The position numbers were made by a program, and so were the translations under genes. This document shows, piece by piece, positions 29,499 to 38,874 of a DNA stretch of 52,679 nt. The DNA comes from an uncultured Desulfurococcaceae archaeon (GTDB lineage Archaea > Thermoproteota > Thermoprotei_A > Sulfolobales > NBVN01). Positions within the stretch are counted from its first letter, which is position 1, and the number at the start of each line of letters is the position of its first letter. Location: NCBI GenBank assembly GCA_964417765.1, contig CAYQIX010000001.1, forward strand, positions 1 through 52,679, in the 5' to 3' direction. The notes under the pieces were generated by a model. The model made no database searches. It worked only from the letters and a program-made list of their open reading frames with translations, and was not told the origin of the DNA.

Positions 29499-29570
29499 GT
29501 TAGATCTTAAATTACCTCAATTACAAATTCTCTTTTACAATGCATTAAGCTCAACCTAATTAGATTTTAG

Positions 29571-30296
29571 CTACTCAACAGTATTAATGATGCATCTATT
29601 CGGGTCAGGGCTTTTTGAACCTATGATCTTTCCGTCCCTGATCACTAATATCTCCTTGCAGCAATTAGCTACTTCAGGGTCGTGGGTTACAACAATGATT
29701 GTCTGGCCAGATTGATTTAACTTTGTGAATGTCTGAATTACCTGCTTTGCCGACTTCCTATCTAGGTTCCCTGTGGGCTCATCAGCTAATAGTATTGCTG
29801 GATTAGTTACAATGGCCCTAGCTATAGCTACCCTCTGCTGCTGACCGCCACTCAGCTGATTGGGCTTCTTAAGGAGCCACGAGAGCTCGCCACCGACCTT
29901 TAGCAAAGCTTCCTTCACTAGCTTAGCCCTAAGGGACTTAGGTATCCCTCTAGGTATTAAGGGGAGCTCTATGTTCTCAAATACCGTGAGTCTATTTATT
30001 AGGTTAAAACTCTGAAACACGAAACCTATCTTGTAGTTCCTGAGTTTCGAAATCTCACTACTACTTAATTTCGAGACATCCCTGCCGTCAATGATTACCT
30101 TACCAGCGGTTGGTCTGTCGAGGAGTCCAATTATGTTAAGCAGTGTCGTCTTGCCTGAGCCTGAAGGCCCCATTATAGCGATGTAGTCACCTTTCTTAAC
30201 TTCCAGATCCACTCCGTCAAGTGCTTTAGTAACTACTGAGCTAGTCCTGTATATCTTCCTGACATTCACCAGCTTTATCACTACGTCATTAGCCAT
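29571..30296 (-). CDS. ABC transporter ATP-binding protein, MacB/LolD/FtsE-type
   Basis: GPSGSGKTTLLN, LSGGQQQRVAIARA and LLADEPTGNLD motifs. Divergent from the large surface-protein gene. Confidence 0.85.
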   Translation of the reverse strand: MANDVVIKLVNVRKIYRTSSVVTKALDGVDLEVKKGDYIAIMGPSGSGKTTLLNIIGLLDRPTAGKVIIDGRDVSKLSSSEISKLRNYKIGFVFQSFNLINRLTVFENIELPLIPRGIPKSLRAKLVKEALLKVGGELSWLLKKPNQLSGGQQQRVAIARAIVTNPAILLADEPTGNLDRKSAKQVIQTFTKLNQSGQTIIVVTHDPEVANCCKEILVIRDGKIIGSKSPDPNRCIINTVE

Positions 30297-30427
30297 GGTA
30301 GCCCTACCCTAACTTCTACCTACCCTCTAATGATATTATTCTTTCCTTAAAACTATATCGCTCGATATATCTACAGATACTTTTTTATAGCGGAAGTACT
30401 TTAGAGTCTTAGGCGAGTCAGTAGGGG

Positions 30428-33400
30428 GTGTGGACTGTGGGGCTAGAGATTGCGGCACGTCATGTAATTGCGATCCTGCTAATAATCGTTACTGTGGTTT
30501 CTATATTAGCTATTCCTATTCCGGTTGCTGCCGGAGGATCTGTCTACATATCTAAGGTTACGGTGACCTCCTCGGCTGGCACAGCTAAAGTATATCCTGG
30601 CAGCACAAGTGTCAGCATAGTAGTTGATGAAGTAAACGGTGAGTACTATAGTATAACTGATGTTGAGGCCTGCTTCATATTACCGGAAGGCTTTACACCA
30701 ACATACGGTTCCGGAACCTGTGTTATGGCGGTGTCACCTAATGAGACTTACAAGACAACATTTGATCCAGGTGAGATATTTCAATTTAAATTTAGGGTCA
30801 ATATTGACAGAAGTGTAAAGCCAGGCACGTACTGCATTAGGTTGAATGTGACGTACACAGTTGAATCTGCAACACCGTACAGGAAGAGTGTTCTTCAGAG
30901 AATATACGTCAAGGTTTACGAGTACCCAACACCTAAGCTAGAGGTAGTTGACTCGTGGTGGAGCAGCGACAAGGTCTTTCCAGGAACTGAAGGAGCTGAC
31001 TTAAATGTCATGGTCGAGAACTTAGGTGACGTCAGAGTAACTGGAGGATACGCAAAGCTGGTGCTGCCGGAACCATTTACGCCGACAGCCATTAGAGTTA
31101 GTATACCTAATCTAAACAGGAATGACAGAGCAATACTCACGTTCTCAAATCTCGGGATACCCCTTAATGCAACGCCTGGAGCTTATGTAGTGAAGCTACT
31201 CGCTAATGTAACTGCAGTAACTGAGGATGGAGTTGACTACGACACATATGTTGAAATAGATTTCAATGTAAGTGTCTCGGAGCCTAAGCCAGTTAATCTC
31301 AGACTAGTGAATGCCTTTTGGTCTCGGAACATAGCTTATGGCGAATCTAGGTCATTGAACTTAAATATAGTATTGCAGAACCTGGACCAAGTCACTATTG
31401 ACCAAGTAGTAGCTAAATTAATGCTCCCTAAAGGCTACGTATGGAGAAACGGTAGTCAAACTATAGCAACTATGGTTAGCGGACCAATAAGGTACGGGGA
31501 AGTATTCACCATATCATTTAATGACATAAACGCCAGCGTTGCTGAGAAGTCATCAAAATTCAAGGTAGAGTTAAGAGTACTAGCTAACTACAGGGGAGCA
31601 GAGTTTATGGTTATGCAGAACATAACATTTAACGTAGGTGTATCTAGGGAGGAGGTACTTTACCTAGTCACCCAAAGATGGACCTACAATGGAGCAGATG
31701 CGTGGGCATTTCCAACAGCAAGAGGAATAAATCTGGAACTTAAGTTTGCGAACCTAGGTCAAGACCCGATCACAGCTGTTATACCCAAGATAAAATTACC
31801 TAAAGGTTTTGAACTCAAGAGCATATCAGGCGATTCCTTAAATACAGGCATCCGAGCAGGTGGTGTAGGGACACTAACATTCACAATTGATGTAGATAAT
31901 GGAGTCAAGCCAGGAATATACAACGCTACACTCGAATTAAGTTACGTTATTTCTTCAGGTACTACCTACTTCTACACCAAGAAAGAATACAGTATTAAAT
32001 TAGTAATTAGTGATCCGAACGATTTCAGACCTAGGCTCAAAATCACCCAAATGTGGTGGGGTACTACACAGCCTCAAACAGCTTACCCAGGACAGAGGTC
32101 AGTACCTATCCACATAGAGCTTGCCAATATTGGAAGGTACTCAGCTAGTAATGTACTTATCAGTATAGAGCCAGAAAACAAGACCGTGTCAGTGATTGAA
32201 GGCAGTGCTTTAGGAGCAACTACACTAGGTAGCGGTAGCTCATGCAGGGTCGTGATGTACGTTGACTTGGGTAACGTAAGTGCTGGAGAACTACTATTTA
32301 AGGTGGTAGTAAGCTACTCCTTTAAGCTTGATGGAGCATTCATCAACTACACTGAATCCTTCCTGAGAGTGCTGAAGGTCGAGAAGTATGCTTCAATGAG
32401 CAGTACCGGTGTAGAAGTTGTGGACTACGGGTGGCTGAACAGTCAGCCTGTATTCCCTATGACCGAGAACGCTACATATACTGTCCAGGTAGCTAATAAC
32501 TACCCATTCAGCATAGCAGGTGTAAATGCTGTCTTAAAGCTTCCAGCCGGTATGTGGTCAAAGGAAGGTTCAGTAGCGACAGCATATGTCGAAGGCCCTG
32601 TAGGAACTCACGCAACATTTACACTTGACTTCACTATCTCTGTCGGAAATATCGCCCCTGGAAGGTATGAGGGGACTCTGGAGTTGAGGTACACCGTACT
32701 TACGGGTGGGGCATGCATCGAGGAGAAGGCTACTTTCAAGGTCCCCATACTGATCAATAAGATCACCCATGGGCTAGAATACGTTACTTCAAGCTGGTAC
32801 GGAAGGACTGGAGAACCTGGTACGTACGGCAACTTACTTTATGTAATAATAAGAAATACTGACTTCCCAACAATTACTGGCGTAGTAGCTGAAGTAACCC
32901 TACCTAAGGGCATAGTGTCCTCACTAAACAACGAATCTAAAGTTAAGGTAGTGCCGACATCAATAACGGTATCACCTGTGGCAGCTAGAGGTCAGAGTGT
33001 GACAATACCAGGTATTGGGCGCGTACCTATATCACTCACCGCTCAAGCTGTTGGGCAGCAGGTCACTTCGTTCAGCAAGGGCTCCTTAATGGCATTCCTA
33101 ATTCCGCTGAACATACTCAACATACCTCCTGGAACCTACTATGCATTAATGAATGTATCATTCATTGATCACTGGGGTAACCTAAGGTGGTACGAATTTG
33201 AGATTCCTATTCACATCTTAGGTACGGCTAAGATAGTGAGCGTGTGGACTGATGGCACATTGAAGTTTAAGGAGCGGGAGGGCGTCATGAGAATTAAAGT
33301 ACTTAATGTAGGGAGCTCACCCATACATAATGTGTACCTAAATATAATACCAACTACAGGGACCTTGCTAGTAAAGAAGACAACATACTACTTAGGCGAG

Positions 33401-34045
33401 CTAGAGCCAGGTAAGATTAAGGACATTAACGTGACAGTATACTTCAATCCGATACCTACTCAAGCAGGTATCACAATGACTTACGGGACAGTACCATTTA
33501 CTGCAGCTGTGATGTACATGGACGCTAATGGAAATAACCACGTAGTTAACATGTCATTTAGCGTCGTAGTAGAGCCATACATAGAGCTAGAACTGAGTGA
33601 TGTAAAAGCTGTCTGGAGTTCAGGTGAGCTGCGTGTATCAGGGACGCTAACAAACCTAGGTAATGCTCAAGCACAGAGGATAGAGGTAGTAGTGCAGGCA
33701 GGTAGCAGGAAGTCCGAACCATACTTCGTAGGTGACCTAGATCCCTCCTCGCAGACATCATTCACGGTAAAGTTGAGGTCTGCGCCTGTCAATGAAGCTC
33801 AAGTAACAGTAATGTATAGGGACCCATTCAACGAGCTACATACCGTGAACGCTACAATAGCTGTAGAGATACAGAATATAACAGCTACAACTACAGCAGC
33901 TCAGGGACCGCTAGGAGGACTATCCAACTTAGGGACTATTATCGTAATAGTAGCTGTAGTAATATTCCTGGTGCTTGTTGGGCTAGCTATACGGTCGTAT
34001 CTGAGAAAGCACAGACTGCCTGAGTCATATGAGGGCGGTGTCTGA
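30428..34045 (+). CDS. Large (1205 aa) cell-surface protein with about nine CARDB/COG1361-like beta-sandwich repeats, an N-terminal signal/anchor and a C-terminal TM anchor
   Basis: N-terminal hydrophobic segment (VIAILLIIVTVVSILAIPIPVAA). Repeated modules of about 120-130 aa open with motifs such as VVDSWWSSDKVFPG, LVNAFWSRNIAYG, ITQMWWGTTQPQTAYPG and VVDYGWLNSQPVFP, and contain LPxGF and PGxY motifs. Many N-x-S/T sequons. C-terminal TM (IIVIVAVVIFLVLVGLAI) plus a basic tail. GTG start. Confidence 0.7.
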   Translation: MWTVGLEIAARHVIAILLIIVTVVSILAIPIPVAAGGSVYISKVTVTSSAGTAKVYPGSTSVSIVVDEVNGEYYSITDVEACFILPEGFTPTYGSGTCVMAVSPNETYKTTFDPGEIFQFKFRVNIDRSVKPGTYCIRLNVTYTVESATPYRKSVLQRIYVKVYEYPTPKLEVVDSWWSSDKVFPGTEGADLNVMVENLGDVRVTGGYAKLVLPEPFTPTAIRVSIPNLNRNDRAILTFSNLGIPLNATPGAYVVKLLANVTAVTEDGVDYDTYVEIDFNVSVSEPKPVNLRLVNAFWSRNIAYGESRSLNLNIVLQNLDQVTIDQVVAKLMLPKGYVWRNGSQTIATMVSGPIRYGEVFTISFNDINASVAEKSSKFKVELRVLANYRGAEFMVMQNITFNVGVSREEVLYLVTQRWTYNGADAWAFPTARGINLELKFANLGQDPITAVIPKIKLPKGFELKSISGDSLNTGIRAGGVGTLTFTIDVDNGVKPGIYNATLELSYVISSGTTYFYTKKEYSIKLVISDPNDFRPRLKITQMWWGTTQPQTAYPGQRSVPIHIELANIGRYSASNVLISIEPENKTVSVIEGSALGATTLGSGSSCRVVMYVDLGNVSAGELLFKVVVSYSFKLDGAFINYTESFLRVLKVEKYASMSSTGVEVVDYGWLNSQPVFPMTENATYTVQVANNYPFSIAGVNAVLKLPAGMWSKEGSVATAYVEGPVGTHATFTLDFTISVGNIAPGRYEGTLELRYTVLTGGACIEEKATFKVPILINKITHGLEYVTSSWYGRTGEPGTYGNLLYVIIRNTDFPTITGVVAEVTLPKGIVSSLNNESKVKVVPTSITVSPVAARGQSVTIPGIGRVPISLTAQAVGQQVTSFSKGSLMAFLIPLNILNIPPGTYYALMNVSFIDHWGNLRWYEFEIPIHILGTAKIVSVWTDGTLKFKEREGVMRIKVLNVGSSPIHNVYLNIIPTTGTLLVKKTTYYLGELEPGKIKDINVTVYFNPIPTQAGITMTYGTVPFTAAVMYMDANGNNHVVNMSFSVVVEPYIELELSDVKAVWSSGELRVSGTLTNLGNAQAQRIEVVVQAGSRKSEPYFVGDLDPSSQTSFTVKLRSAPVNEAQVTVMYRDPFNELHTVNATIAVEIQNITATTTAAQGPLGGLSNLGTIIVIVAVVIFLVLVGLAIRSYLRKHRLPESYEGGV

Positions 34046-35270
34046 CTTGCTGTACATGATACCCGACATAATAAGGTACTCATTTAAAGCTCTGACAGAG
34101 AGGAGGCTGAGGGCGCTCCTAACTATAGTTGGGATAGCTATAGGGCCATTAGCACTAGTCATGATAACGAGTGTAGTGCAAGGTCACGCTAACTATGTAC
34201 AGCAGCAGCTCCTCGCGTTAGGTCAGAATACAATAGTGCTATTTAGCACGTCTAAGTACACTCTCAAAGAAGATGACTTAGACTTCATAAAGCGTATTCC
34301 TGAGGTGGAGACCGCAGGTCCTTTCTACCTCACCCAGGCCTACGTCACAACTCCAGAAAAGAAGCTACAGGTGTATGTGTACGCTATTGACATGGATCTG
34401 CTGTTTAAGGTTATAGGAGGTCTTAAGGTAGAAGAGGGTGATGTGCCTGCTGCTAGCGAAATAACATGTGCCTTGATTGGTCACTATGTAGCGTACTCAG
34501 AGACAACTGGTGCGAAGTACTATGACATAGGTGATGCGCTACCTCTACTGCTAACTAAAGTAACTTCTGGAGGGAAAGTTAAGATTTCGAGAGCGTCTGT
34601 GAGGGTAAAAGGGATCTTAGCAGAATACGGTGGTGCAATGATACTCTCACCTGATAAAGCAGTATTCATGCCCCTCGACTCAGGCAGTAAGATACTCCAC
34701 ATGAATTCCTGGTCAGGTATAATAATAATTTTGAAATCGCCTGATTACGTGTCTAAGGTGGTTAATGAGCTTAGGAACACGTACGGAGATAACGTCGACA
34801 TAATTTCGTTTAAAGGTATTGCAGAAATCGTGGGCTCCATAACTGGAGCCATGAACTTCATCACATTCGCCACCTCACTATCTGCTTTTGCTGTAGCTGT
34901 AGCGGGTACTGCTGCAACCATGATAACTTCAGTTATAGAAAGAACGAGAGAGATAGGTGTTCTCAAGGCACTTGGATTTACAGATGGTCAGGTGATGATC
35001 ATGATTCTGGCCGAAGCACTTCTAATGTCACTACTTGGTGCAGCTATAGGGATAAGCCTAGGCATCATCGGAGCCCACATAATGTCCAGCGGCGGCTTTG
35101 TAATCCGCGGCGGTACAGCCAATATAGTAATTAAAGCTCCACCTATGATAACTCCTGAACTAATACTGAGAACTCTCGGAATAACCGTTATGGTTGGTAT
35201 ATTAGGAGGTGTATTTCCAGCTAATAGAGCAGCTAAGATACCTCCTGCGGTTGCATTAAGGTACGAGTAA
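34029..35270 (+). CDS. ABC transporter permease, FtsX/MacB-type
   Basis: TM1, then about 230 aa of non-hydrophobic sequence, then three C-terminal TMs with REIGVLKALGFT. This is the MacB/FtsX topology. Overlaps the preceding gene by 17 nt. Confidence 0.8.
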   Translation: MRAVSDLLYMIPDIIRYSFKALTERRLRALLTIVGIAIGPLALVMITSVVQGHANYVQQQLLALGQNTIVLFSTSKYTLKEDDLDFIKRIPEVETAGPFYLTQAYVTTPEKKLQVYVYAIDMDLLFKVIGGLKVEEGDVPAASEITCALIGHYVAYSETTGAKYYDIGDALPLLLTKVTSGGKVKISRASVRVKGILAEYGGAMILSPDKAVFMPLDSGSKILHMNSWSGIIIILKSPDYVSKVVNELRNTYGDNVDIISFKGIAEIVGSITGAMNFITFATSLSAFAVAVAGTAATMITSVIERTREIGVLKALGFTDGQVMIMILAEALLMSLLGAAIGISLGIIGAHIMSSGGFVIRGGTANIVIKAPPMITPELILRTLGITVMVGILGGVFPANRAAKIPPAVALRYE

Positions 35271-35296
35271 GGTAAAGTCAAGAAAAACATAGAGAG

Positions 35297-35638
35297 TTAT
35301 TTTAGCATCTCCCTAACTTTCTCTATTGCCTCCTTAACGCTCACACCTTCTTCCACATTAATTACTCTTATACCCAGATTTTGGAGAACGGCTGACGCAT
35401 GAGGACCTAGGCTTGACGTAACTACTATAGAAACTCCTTCATTTGACAGTACCTCAGCAACCTTTATAGCGGCGCCTCTAGCGGCTTCGACACCGGGGTT
35501 CTTAAGCACCCTGACACTCACTGCCCTAAAGTCATTATCTAGCTCAACAATAGTTATCGTTGGGGACCTAGCGAACCTGGGGTACACCTTATCATCGAGG
35601 CCGCCTAGATCTCCTGTTGGTAGGGCAACCTTAATCAT
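35297..35638 (-). CDS. NifX/NifB-C-terminal-like protein (dinitrogenase FeMo-cofactor-binding fold, COG1433)
   Basis: 113 aa. The pattern RFARSPTITIVEL...GAAIKVAEVLSNEGVSIVVTSSLGPHA...L...GIRV fits the Nitro_FeMo-Co family. Confidence 0.75.
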   Translation of the reverse strand: MIKVALPTGDLGGLDDKVYPRFARSPTITIVELDNDFRAVSVRVLKNPGVEAARGAAIKVAEVLSNEGVSIVVTSSLGPHASAVLQNLGIRVINVEEGVSVKEAIEKVREMLK

Positions 35639-35653
35639 TTGGTCACCACTTAA

Positions 35654-36640
35654 CTATCGCTCATTAGGCTTTATAATTATAGGTACATAAGGAGCGGCCT
35701 TAGTAGGAGTGAATTTCCTCCTCCACTCAGCCCAGTTTCTAAGTATCTTCTCCTCAAACCTCTTAGCTAAGTCCGTGATAGCTTTACTGGCTGATGCTTC
35801 CGGAAATACCTCAATTAGAGGCTTCATGTAGCTTAGCGACTTAGGTACATGGTCATCGTATGGCACAGTACCTAGGATATCTATGTTCTCAGTGACGGCG
35901 TACTCAACAATTACTTTAACGTACTCAGGATTCAAATCATACTTATTGATCACCAGTGCTGAGGGAATGCCGAAGTGCTTAGCTACAGAGTGAATTCTCC
36001 GTAAATCGCTGAAACTCGCTGGCGTTGGTTCAGCAACCAGTATTGCCGCACTAGCTCCGGCAAGTGAAGCTATTACTTGGCAACCTATGCCTGCTGCAGA
36101 ATCTAAAATAATGATGGTGTCTGATCTAGCTAACGACCTAGCTATCTCCTTAATTTCAGTAACTAACTTACCTGAATTAGGCCTGCCTAAGCTCAGTAGC
36201 GCACTAACTAAAGGGAATCCCCACCTGGTCTCTCTTACAATCCTTAGCTTACCTGCAGAAGCTTTAATTCGCTGTATTGCCTGCTTTGGGCACACAAGCG
36301 AGCAGGTTAGACATCCTTCGCAGGTAAACTTGTTAATGACGTACCTACCATTCACAAGCTTTACTGCTTTGAACGCGCAGGACTTAGCACAAGCACCGCA
36401 GGTGTTACACTTAGTGTAGTCGATCTCAGCTACGTAACCTTCACTGTAGTCTCTGACCTCATCCCATGAGTCTATCCCGAGTATTAGGTGGGCATTTGGG
36501 GCCTCGGCATCGGCGTCGGCTAGGATGACCTTCCAGCCAGATTTAGCTAAAATTATTGCGAGTGAGGTAGCAATCGTGCTCTTACCCACTCCCCCCTTAC
36601 CACTAGCAACAGCTATCTCAATCACACTACAGCACCTCAC
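35654..36640 (-). CDS. MinD/ParA-superfamily P-loop ATPase with inserted 2x[4Fe-4S] ferredoxin domain (COG1149)
   Basis: Deviant Walker A SGKGGVGKST. Two CxxCxxCxxxC motifs (CNTCGACAKSC, CEGCLTCSLVC) are inserted after the P-loop. Confidence 0.8.
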   Translation of the reverse strand: MRCCSVIEIAVASGKGGVGKSTIATSLAIILAKSGWKVILADADAEAPNAHLILGIDSWDEVRDYSEGYVAEIDYTKCNTCGACAKSCAFKAVKLVNGRYVINKFTCEGCLTCSLVCPKQAIQRIKASAGKLRIVRETRWGFPLVSALLSLGRPNSGKLVTEIKEIARSLARSDTIIILDSAAGIGCQVIASLAGASAAILVAEPTPASFSDLRRIHSVAKHFGIPSALVINKYDLNPEYVKVIVEYAVTENIDILGTVPYDDHVPKSLSYMKPLIEVFPEASASKAITDLAKRFEEKILRNWAEWRRKFTPTKAAPYVPIIIKPNER

Positions 36641-37517
36641 TCAAGTAGTTACCTAACTTCCTGAATGTAAGAGCTATAGGGTGGTTAGGTGCTGCCCTAA
36701 CTAGCGGAACACCATTAATGTATGAGCTAACTACATCTTTAGAGTATGGCACTTCAGCAATTACTTTAGCGCGATACTTCTTAGCGACATCTACGATCTT
36801 ATCCTTCGGCCCTATACCCACCTTATTAATCACTATCAAAGCTTCAATACCTAATCTACTAGCTAGCTCAAGTATTAGTGTAAGATCATGCAGTCCTAAA
36901 GGTGTTGGCTCAGTAACTGCCAGAATGATGTCGGAATCTTCAATAGCTGCTGTAACGTTGTTTCCAGAGCCTGCAGCAGTATCGATTATTAAGACATCTC
37001 GATATTCCCTAATCGCCCTCTCTTTAGCTGCGAGCACGGTGTGAATGACGTGCTCTTCGCCTTCCCGTAGCATCCCCGTCACTAGAGTAATTGAAGTACT
37101 ACCTAAGTTGACTTCAGTTCGGTAAGTGTAGCCAACTACCCTGTAGCCCTCACTTATAGCTTTAGCGCGACATGTGAAGTAGCACGCCCTGCATCCACTA
37201 CAGAGCCTTGGCAGTATGTAGGGGTACTTCCCCTTAGGCATGAGAATAGCTCCAGAATCACACACTTCAGCACATGCACCACACTTCACACACTTGCTGT
37301 AGTCAATGAAAGGAATCATTATTTTAACTGCTTCTTTATCCTTTAAATCAATGCCTAAGAGTATGTGATCATTAGGAGCTTCAACATCGAGGTCAGCTAA
37401 GACTACATCTCTTGAGTTGGCTATAGCTACAGCCATATTGATTGCAATAGTGCTTTTACCAGTACCTCCCTTACCTCCAGTTACTGCAGCAACTCCCACC
37501 TGCACTCCCCAATACAT
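36627..37517 (-). CDS. MinD/ParA-superfamily P-loop ATPase with inserted 2x[4Fe-4S] ferredoxin domain (COG1149), paralog
   Basis: GGKGGTGKST P-loop with CVKCGACAEVC and CSGCRACYFTC clusters. Overlaps the downstream paralog by 14 nt. Confidence 0.8.
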   Translation of the reverse strand: MYWGVQVGVAAVTGGKGGTGKSTIAINMAVAIANSRDVVLADLDVEAPNDHILLGIDLKDKEAVKIMIPFIDYSKCVKCGACAEVCDSGAILMPKGKYPYILPRLCSGCRACYFTCRAKAISEGYRVVGYTYRTEVNLGSTSITLVTGMLREGEEHVIHTVLAAKERAIREYRDVLIIDTAAGSGNNVTAAIEDSDIILAVTEPTPLGLHDLTLILELASRLGIEALIVINKVGIGPKDKIVDVAKKYRAKVIAEVPYSKDVVSSYINGVPLVRAAPNHPIALTFRKLGNYLSEVL

Positions 37518-37568
37518 AAGCTGCAGTTAACAGTATTATACTCGGTATAGTGGTAATAGTATATAGAG

Positions 37569-38798
37569 GTGCATGCTGATTTGCTGATCAAAGCGCACAT
37601 ATTGCTGGTGGCTGTGATAGCCGCTGCACTACTGACGCTAGGTATTTTAATTGCAATAACCTCAGCATATGGAGGTAATGGCTACAGTAGCTCAAATAAG
37701 ATAATGATGAATTCTACGACGTATCTATTTGTGTATGGTTCTTCTGGATGTAAGGCGTGTATACCATTTAAGGAGTTTTTGAGTAGGAATTACGCGAACA
37801 TAACAATATTCTGCGATTTAGCAACTAATTCATCATGTAGGTTGAGGTTCTTCGAACTGATATCAAACTATGAGGTCCCACCGGAGATACCTATGACATT
37901 CGTAGTCAGTAAGGAGGGAATCGTAGCGATCATCGTCGGTGATGTACAAGATGAGGCGTTTTGGGACAAATTAATAGCTTCCACACCTACGTCTGCGATG
38001 TCGATCCCTATTTACGGGGGTAGTTACAGAATAATTAAGTACCTGAACCTAAGCAACCAAGTGGAATTTATTGCTAAGTACATGCCGGAAATCACTCACA
38101 TAATGACAATTAGTGTGCCTCAGTCAGTTACGCCGGAAATACCCATGAGCGGACCCCAACTACTTGCTGCAGTAGTTACGCTAGCTTTACTTGACTCAGT
38201 AAATCCGTGCTGTATCTATATATACGTGACCTTATTAATTGCGGCAGCTACGTACAGCTTAAGATCTCTAGCTAACTCGAAAAAAGTTATGCTAGCTTCT
38301 GGGGCGCCCTTCATAGCGTCTGTATATGCAGGATACTACCTTTTGGGAGTAGGTTTAACAAAGGTATTTACCTATGTACCACTTAAAGTATTCGGCGTAG
38401 TCGCTATAGCTTTCGGTGCATGGGTTATTCTGTCATCAAGCAGTGAAAGAGTGCTAGGTAAGGAGAAAATACTGAGGTTAATACCACGTGCTAAGACATC
38501 AGCACTAATCTCAGCTATATTAGGCTTCTGTGTTACTTACGCAATACTTCCGTGCTCAGCAGGCCCCTATGTAGTATTTACAGGGCTGATATCAAAGACC
38601 AGTTTCACCTCAGCATTAATGTGGCTAGGGATATATAACTTAATATTCATTATCCCCTTAATAGCTGTGCTTGTTGCTGCTCTGAAGCTGGCGGAGGTAA
38701 GCAGGATTAGAGAGATAATAATTAAATACAACAACTACATATCTGTAGCTATGGGTGCTGCACTAATAATTTTGGGTTTCTACGTCCTTCTTACTTAG
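37569..38798 (+). CDS. Membrane thiol-disulfide oxidoreductase: thioredoxin-like CxxC domain fused to a CcdA/DsbD-type transmembrane domain
   Basis: N-terminal TM helix, then YGSSGCKACIPF (CxxC in a Trx-like context). The polytopic C-terminal half has LDSVNPCC and ILPCSAGPY, the two membrane-embedded Cys motifs typical of CcdA/DsbD. GTG start. Confidence 0.6.
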   Translation: MHADLLIKAHILLVAVIAAALLTLGILIAITSAYGGNGYSSSNKIMMNSTTYLFVYGSSGCKACIPFKEFLSRNYANITIFCDLATNSSCRLRFFELISNYEVPPEIPMTFVVSKEGIVAIIVGDVQDEAFWDKLIASTPTSAMSIPIYGGSYRIIKYLNLSNQVEFIAKYMPEITHIMTISVPQSVTPEIPMSGPQLLAAVVTLALLDSVNPCCIYIYVTLLIAAATYSLRSLANSKKVMLASGAPFIASVYAGYYLLGVGLTKVFTYVPLKVFGVVAIAFGAWVILSSSSERVLGKEKILRLIPRAKTSALISAILGFCVTYAILPCSAGPYVVFTGLISKTSFTSALMWLGIYNLIFIIPLIAVLVAALKLAEVSRIREIIIKYNNYISVAMGAALIILGFYVLLT

Positions 38799-38874
38799 TT
38801 CAGAGGTTTTCGTGAGCTCAGCATTATAAAGCTAAAATTCCTCAGTAACAACTTCCTTTACAGGGCACTGAAAA

